Below the pieces are notes generated by a model. That model searched no databases. It was not told the origin of the DNA and saw only the letters and a program-made list of their open reading frames with translations. DNA of 49,185 nucleotides, taken from IMG/VR virus record IMGVR_UViG_3300045988_177308, positions 1-49,185 of that record; one strand, written 5' to 3'. This document shows positions 46,216-49,185 of this stretch, piece after piece. The stretch comes from a virus. Position 1 is the stretch's first letter. Every line of letters starts with the position of its first letter. The position numbers and the translations under genes were made by a program.

Positions 46216-46254
46216 CGAAGGCCGCTTGACAGCGGCCTTCGGGCCGACTAGACT
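46216..46254 (+). promoter_or_regulatory. cassette 5: inverted repeat cgaaggccgc/gcggccttcg with TTGACA loop, 17 nt, TAGACT
   Basis: Read directly. Confidence 0.6.
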
Positions 46255-46290
46255 AGAGATATCAGGAAGACAGAGAGAAAGGAAACCCTG

Positions 46291-46926
46291 ATGATCAACC
46301 GTTACCTCACCGCCGTCTCCGACGCCGACATCCTGGACGCCGCCTCCGACGCCCTCGTGGATGCGGGGTGGAGCCTGGACGAAGACCGAGAGCTACCTTT
46401 CGAGGCGGACTACTACGAGGATCCGGAGGCCGCCTTCGAGGTTGACTCCGAGTGGAGCGAGATCCAGGCCGACGCCGTCGGCAGGCTCTGGGACCGGCTC
46501 TCCGACGAAGAGCGGGTGGAGCTTTGGCTGCACGACTGTGCGGGGCAGGATCCCGACGAGCCCGTCGACGCCGAGACGGTCTGGGAGCGGATGGAGGCCG
46601 CCGTGCTAGAGCGGCTCGGGAGCGTCTACGAGGACACGGGCGCCTCCGTCACGGAGGCCTGCACCCGAGCTCTGAGGCTGACTTCGGCCAAGGCCCTGGC
46701 CAGGGTACTGGGCCTGTACGAAGCCGCCCGAGCGGATGCCCGGAGGCACTGGGGCGGGTCTTCGAAGGTGCGGACCTTCGACGTCGAGCACGGCACCGTG
46801 GTGGTCCGGAGCGAAGGCGGCGCCGTGGAGGCTCGACTGAGGCCGGCCTTCGAGGAAGGCGATGACGAAGGCGCCGTCATCGTGGAGATGCTCGGGGACG
46901 CGCTCCGCGAAGTCGGGCTCGACTGA
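46291..46926 (+). CDS. highly acidic early protein (211 aa)
   Basis: ATG after agagagaaaggaaaccctg; Asp/Glu-rich throughout. Confidence 0.7.
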   Translation: MINRYLTAVSDADILDAASDALVDAGWSLDEDRELPFEADYYEDPEAAFEVDSEWSEIQADAVGRLWDRLSDEERVELWLHDCAGQDPDEPVDAETVWERMEAAVLERLGSVYEDTGASVTEACTRALRLTSAKALARVLGLYEAARADARRHWGGSSKVRTFDVEHGTVVVRSEGGAVEARLRPAFEEGDDEGAVIVEMLGDALREVGLD

Positions 46927-46972
46927 CGTTTCACGTGAAACGGATTGGGGCCGCCGCCGAAGGCGGCGGCCC
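46927..46972 (+). terminator. double hairpin after acidic gene
   Basis: cgtttcacgtgaaacg palindrome then gggccgccgcc/ggcggcggccc. Confidence 0.5.
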
Positions 46973-47123
46973 GGAAAGGGGGGTGCTATTGAGAATCAAT
47001 ATCACTAAGATCTGGGTTGGAATAGTTGGACTCATGTACGCGGCGTGGTTCGTCTGCGTCATCGTCGAAGCGATAAGTTACCCTACGGTAGGGTAGGTAA
47101 TACAAGTTGGAGTGGTAGGAAAA

Positions 47124-47165
47124 GTAGCCCCTAGGACTAACGTCCTAGGGGCTACTTGTGTTTTT
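47124..47165 (+). terminator. rho-independent terminator
   Basis: 12-bp stem gtagcccctagg/cctaggggctac followed by ttgtgttttt. Confidence 0.75.
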
Positions 47166-47203
47166 GGTGGGAAAAGTTGGAATTTTTGGATGGGTGGGTC
47201 GAC

Positions 47204-47232
47204 TTGCATGGGGGGACCCAACCGCATACATT
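47204..47232 (+). promoter_or_regulatory. candidate promoter TTGCAT-17-TACATT
   Basis: Read directly; upstream of low-GC gene at 47282. Confidence 0.4.
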
Positions 47233-47281
47233 AATCGCTATTTTTCACTACTGGAAATCATACCGAGGTACGATCGCTATA

Positions 47282-47656
47282 ATGGTCTCTGTGCACGACA
47301 TAATCCTCATCGCCGACCACCTTCTAGGGGCGCCAGCAGTGGGCTTAGGCGCCCTTATAACCGCTATTGCGACGCTTTACACGTCATTGAAGACCAATAG
47401 GAAGGTCCTTAGCGTCAAACAAGACATGGAAAACAACCATGGGAGTTCCTTACGGGATGCGATAGACCGCATAGAGAACAACACCAAAGTCTTGACGGAC
47501 CTCGTGCACATGCACACAGGGCAGTTGGATGACATCCAGTGTGCTGTGCGCCGACACGACGAAGAGATAAAATCGTGGCATGACAAGCCCACGGCCCCCG
47601 CAGCACCCCCTTGTGCGCATACGGAAGATCTACAACGAGGCGACGATAACGCCTAA
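47282..47656 (+). CDS. membrane-anchored protein (N-terminal TM helix, coiled C-terminal domain), lower GC
   Basis: Hydrophobic IILIADHLLGAPAVGLGALITAIATLYTSL; upstream of lysis genes. Confidence 0.5.
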   Translation: MVSVHDIILIADHLLGAPAVGLGALITAIATLYTSLKTNRKVLSVKQDMENNHGSSLRDAIDRIENNTKVLTDLVHMHTGQLDDIQCAVRRHDEEIKSWHDKPTAPAAPPCAHTEDLQRGDDNA

Positions 47657-48557
47657 CCCGACACCCCCCTACGACTCGACGCTCCTCCTGACACCTCCGC
47701 CTCCACCAAAGCCTAACCCGGACCAGCCGCTGGGCGCTACAGCGGCCAGCTTGGCAGCCCCCATCGAGGCCCTTTCCCCTCTGCTCAAGATAGAGCGGGT
47801 GCCCGTCCCCTCCACGGACCCGGACACAACTAAACATAACCGCCTACAGGTGGTGTATAGCCTGTCGGCGAATATCGTCACCACAGCCCAGCTTCGCAAC
47901 AAGGACAACACCCCGCCGACCCCGGACAACCCCACCAGCGAGCCGAACCCGTGGGAGGTGGGCTGGCTGCTGTGGTGCTTCAGCCCGGATCCGACGCACC
48001 CATATGACCCTAGCCCGACTAGCAACAGCAATTTCCGCTTCTACGCCTTAACCCTAAAGCCCAACGGCTGGGAGGTCTCCAAACAGGACCCTTCCTACAA
48101 AGGAGGTCAGCGCTTCCTGAAGTCGAACACCGACACCGATCCGAGGAAGTTCCCCCCGCACAACCCGGCCGACGAAAACGAATTCCGACTGGATCCCTAC
48201 TCTGTTATCGTAAACGCATGCCACGAATACCCGCTGGGGACGACCCCGGCCGACGTGCAGAATGACATCGTCCCGGCCAATCGGAACTCCGAGGCTGGCA
48301 ATAAAGCTCGACTAACCCCCTCTAGGAACGTCTTCCATATTTTCGTGGAGAGTCAGCTGCTGGCCACCGTTGTCGACACTGAACGCCCTCTACCCCCGCA
48401 CATTCCGGCGTTCTACGCGGAGGATGCCCGTGTGCGCTTCTCTCACATGTGGCATGCGACCCCCAAGCGCCCCTCCCTTCAAACCACCCCTGCAGAATAC
48501 GACCCTCTCTCCCTCCATGCGACGGGCTACCAGCCGCAGGGCGTGGTATGGTTCTAG
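47580..48557 (+). CDS. proline-rich protein (325 aa), overlaps upstream gene by 77 nt in +1 frame
   Basis: First in-frame ATG at 47580; C5 runs at the overlap. Confidence 0.45.
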   Translation: MTSPRPPQHPLVRIRKIYNEATITPNPTPPYDSTLLLTPPPPPKPNPDQPLGATAASLAAPIEALSPLLKIERVPVPSTDPDTTKHNRLQVVYSLSANIVTTAQLRNKDNTPPTPDNPTSEPNPWEVGWLLWCFSPDPTHPYDPSPTSNSNFRFYALTLKPNGWEVSKQDPSYKGGQRFLKSNTDTDPRKFPPHNPADENEFRLDPYSVIVNACHEYPLGTTPADVQNDIVPANRNSEAGNKARLTPSRNVFHIFVESQLLATVVDTERPLPPHIPAFYAEDARVRFSHMWHATPKRPSLQTTPAEYDPLSLHATGYQPQGVVWF

Positions 48558-48559
48558 CC

Positions 48560-49117
48560 ATGGAAGAGAGCCCTACATCCAAACGGGATTACGACCCGAA
48601 ATATCTAGACGGCTTGACGTATGGCTTCTATGACGCCTACCTGGCGCAAGAGGCGGGCAGGCCGCCGATGTACAACAGGGACCCCTCTATCTACGAACCG
48701 CATTACAGTCCGGCGTGCCGCTCGCTGTGTGGGTTCAACCCGCCGATACCGACGCACGACGGGGCCGCTATATCTAGGGGGGAATTCTCAGACGAGATAG
48801 AGGAATTCAGCGTGCAGTTGGCCGCACTCAAGTCGCTGATCGATGCGGCATGGCGCATTGTCCCTGGCAACGACGACCCGCTTCTGCGTCGATACCCCTA
48901 CGCTGTGCGCCACATGGAAGACAGCTGGGTGGAATTCCGGCTGTCGAACGACTATACGACGACCCCTGTGCGGCTGCAGCCTGGCGAAGGCTACGACTTC
49001 CTCCGCAACCGTAAAATCCCGGCGCACAGCCAGCGGCCTGACCGAGCTAGTTTCGTGCCGTATACTGAGGTGAAAGCACTTCTAGCTAAAAGGAAGGAGA
49101 CGGATGACGCAGGCTGA
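48560..49117 (+). CDS. hypothetical protein (185 aa)
   Basis: ATG 3 nt after upstream stop; ends 11 nt into endolysin gene. Confidence 0.5.
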   Translation: MEESPTSKRDYDPKYLDGLTYGFYDAYLAQEAGRPPMYNRDPSIYEPHYSPACRSLCGFNPPIPTHDGAAISRGEFSDEIEEFSVQLAALKSLIDAAWRIVPGNDDPLLRRYPYAVRHMEDSWVEFRLSNDYTTTPVRLQPGEGYDFLRNRKIPAHSQRPDRASFVPYTEVKALLAKRKETDDAG

Positions 49118-49185
49118 CGTGCAGCGTAACGCCATAGTGGCGTGGATGGCGAAGCACGACGGTGACTTCGGCTACACCAACGACT
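49104..49185 (+). CDS. endolysin (lysin A), N-terminal 27 codons; gene continues at window start (circular junction)
   Basis: ATG at 49104 preceded by aaggaggagacgg; reading frame runs into the terminal 55 nt that are identical to nt 1-55, in frame with ORF 7..777. Confidence 0.55.
   Translation, partial: MTQADVQRNAIVAWMAKHDGDFGYTND

Noticed and set aside
1-49185. Searched for integrase, immunity repressor, ParAB, tRNA, CRISPR
   Set aside because: No tyrosine- or serine-recombinase-like ORF, no T-loop/cloverleaf candidates in intergenic regions, no spacer-repeat array; the phage is therefore treated as probably lytic despite the operator-rich region.

Overview
The window appears to be a complete, circularly permuted genome of a high-GC tailed siphovirus (actinobacteriophage-like), about 49.1 kb unique. 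The first 55 nt are identical to the last 55 nt, and an endolysin gene spans the junction.

Plus strand, 1783-21066: dihydrofolate reductase, terminase small and large subunits, portal, scaffold/protease-like protein, head decoration protein, major capsid protein, head-tail genes, two paralogous tail-tube genes (the second with a C-terminal Ig-like domain), a tail assembly chaperone pair with an inferred frameshift, a 1606-aa tape measure protein, Dit, and three minor tail proteins.

Minus strand, 21118-43321 (convergent on the tail genes): replication, recombination and nucleotide-metabolism genes. These include a C5 cytosine methyltransferase, a RuvC-like resolvase, NrdG and NrdD (anaerobic class III ribonucleotide reductase), ThyA, NrdH, family A DNA polymerase, primase/helicase, a Sak4-like ATPase, a Cas4/RecB-like nuclease, an SNF2 helicase, a second (DPPF-motif) methyltransferase, WhiB, dCTP deaminase and thymidylate kinase, plus many unknown ORFs. 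Gene junctions on this strand are predominantly GTGA/ATGA overlaps.

Plus strand, 44496-1199 (across the junction): five very small or small genes, each behind a near-identical promoter-plus-leader cassette. These are followed by a lower-GC module and the endolysin-holin lysis cassette.

The most unusual region is a roughly 1.1-kb non-coding hub at 43322-44495. It contains divergent promoters, three GATCGATTTC repeats, two adjacent copies of a 15-bp palindromic operator (TGACAG tga CTGTCA) overlapping a TTGACA -35 box, a 16-bp inverted repeat with 76-nt spacing, tandem 41-bp repeats, and eight 9-mers (GTA A/G GTTAC) spaced with 15-bp periodicity that look like iterons. A second repeat-rich non-coding block lies at 44615-45050.

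No integrase, CRISPR array or tRNA was recognised. All functional calls are from motifs read by eye and have not been checked against any database.
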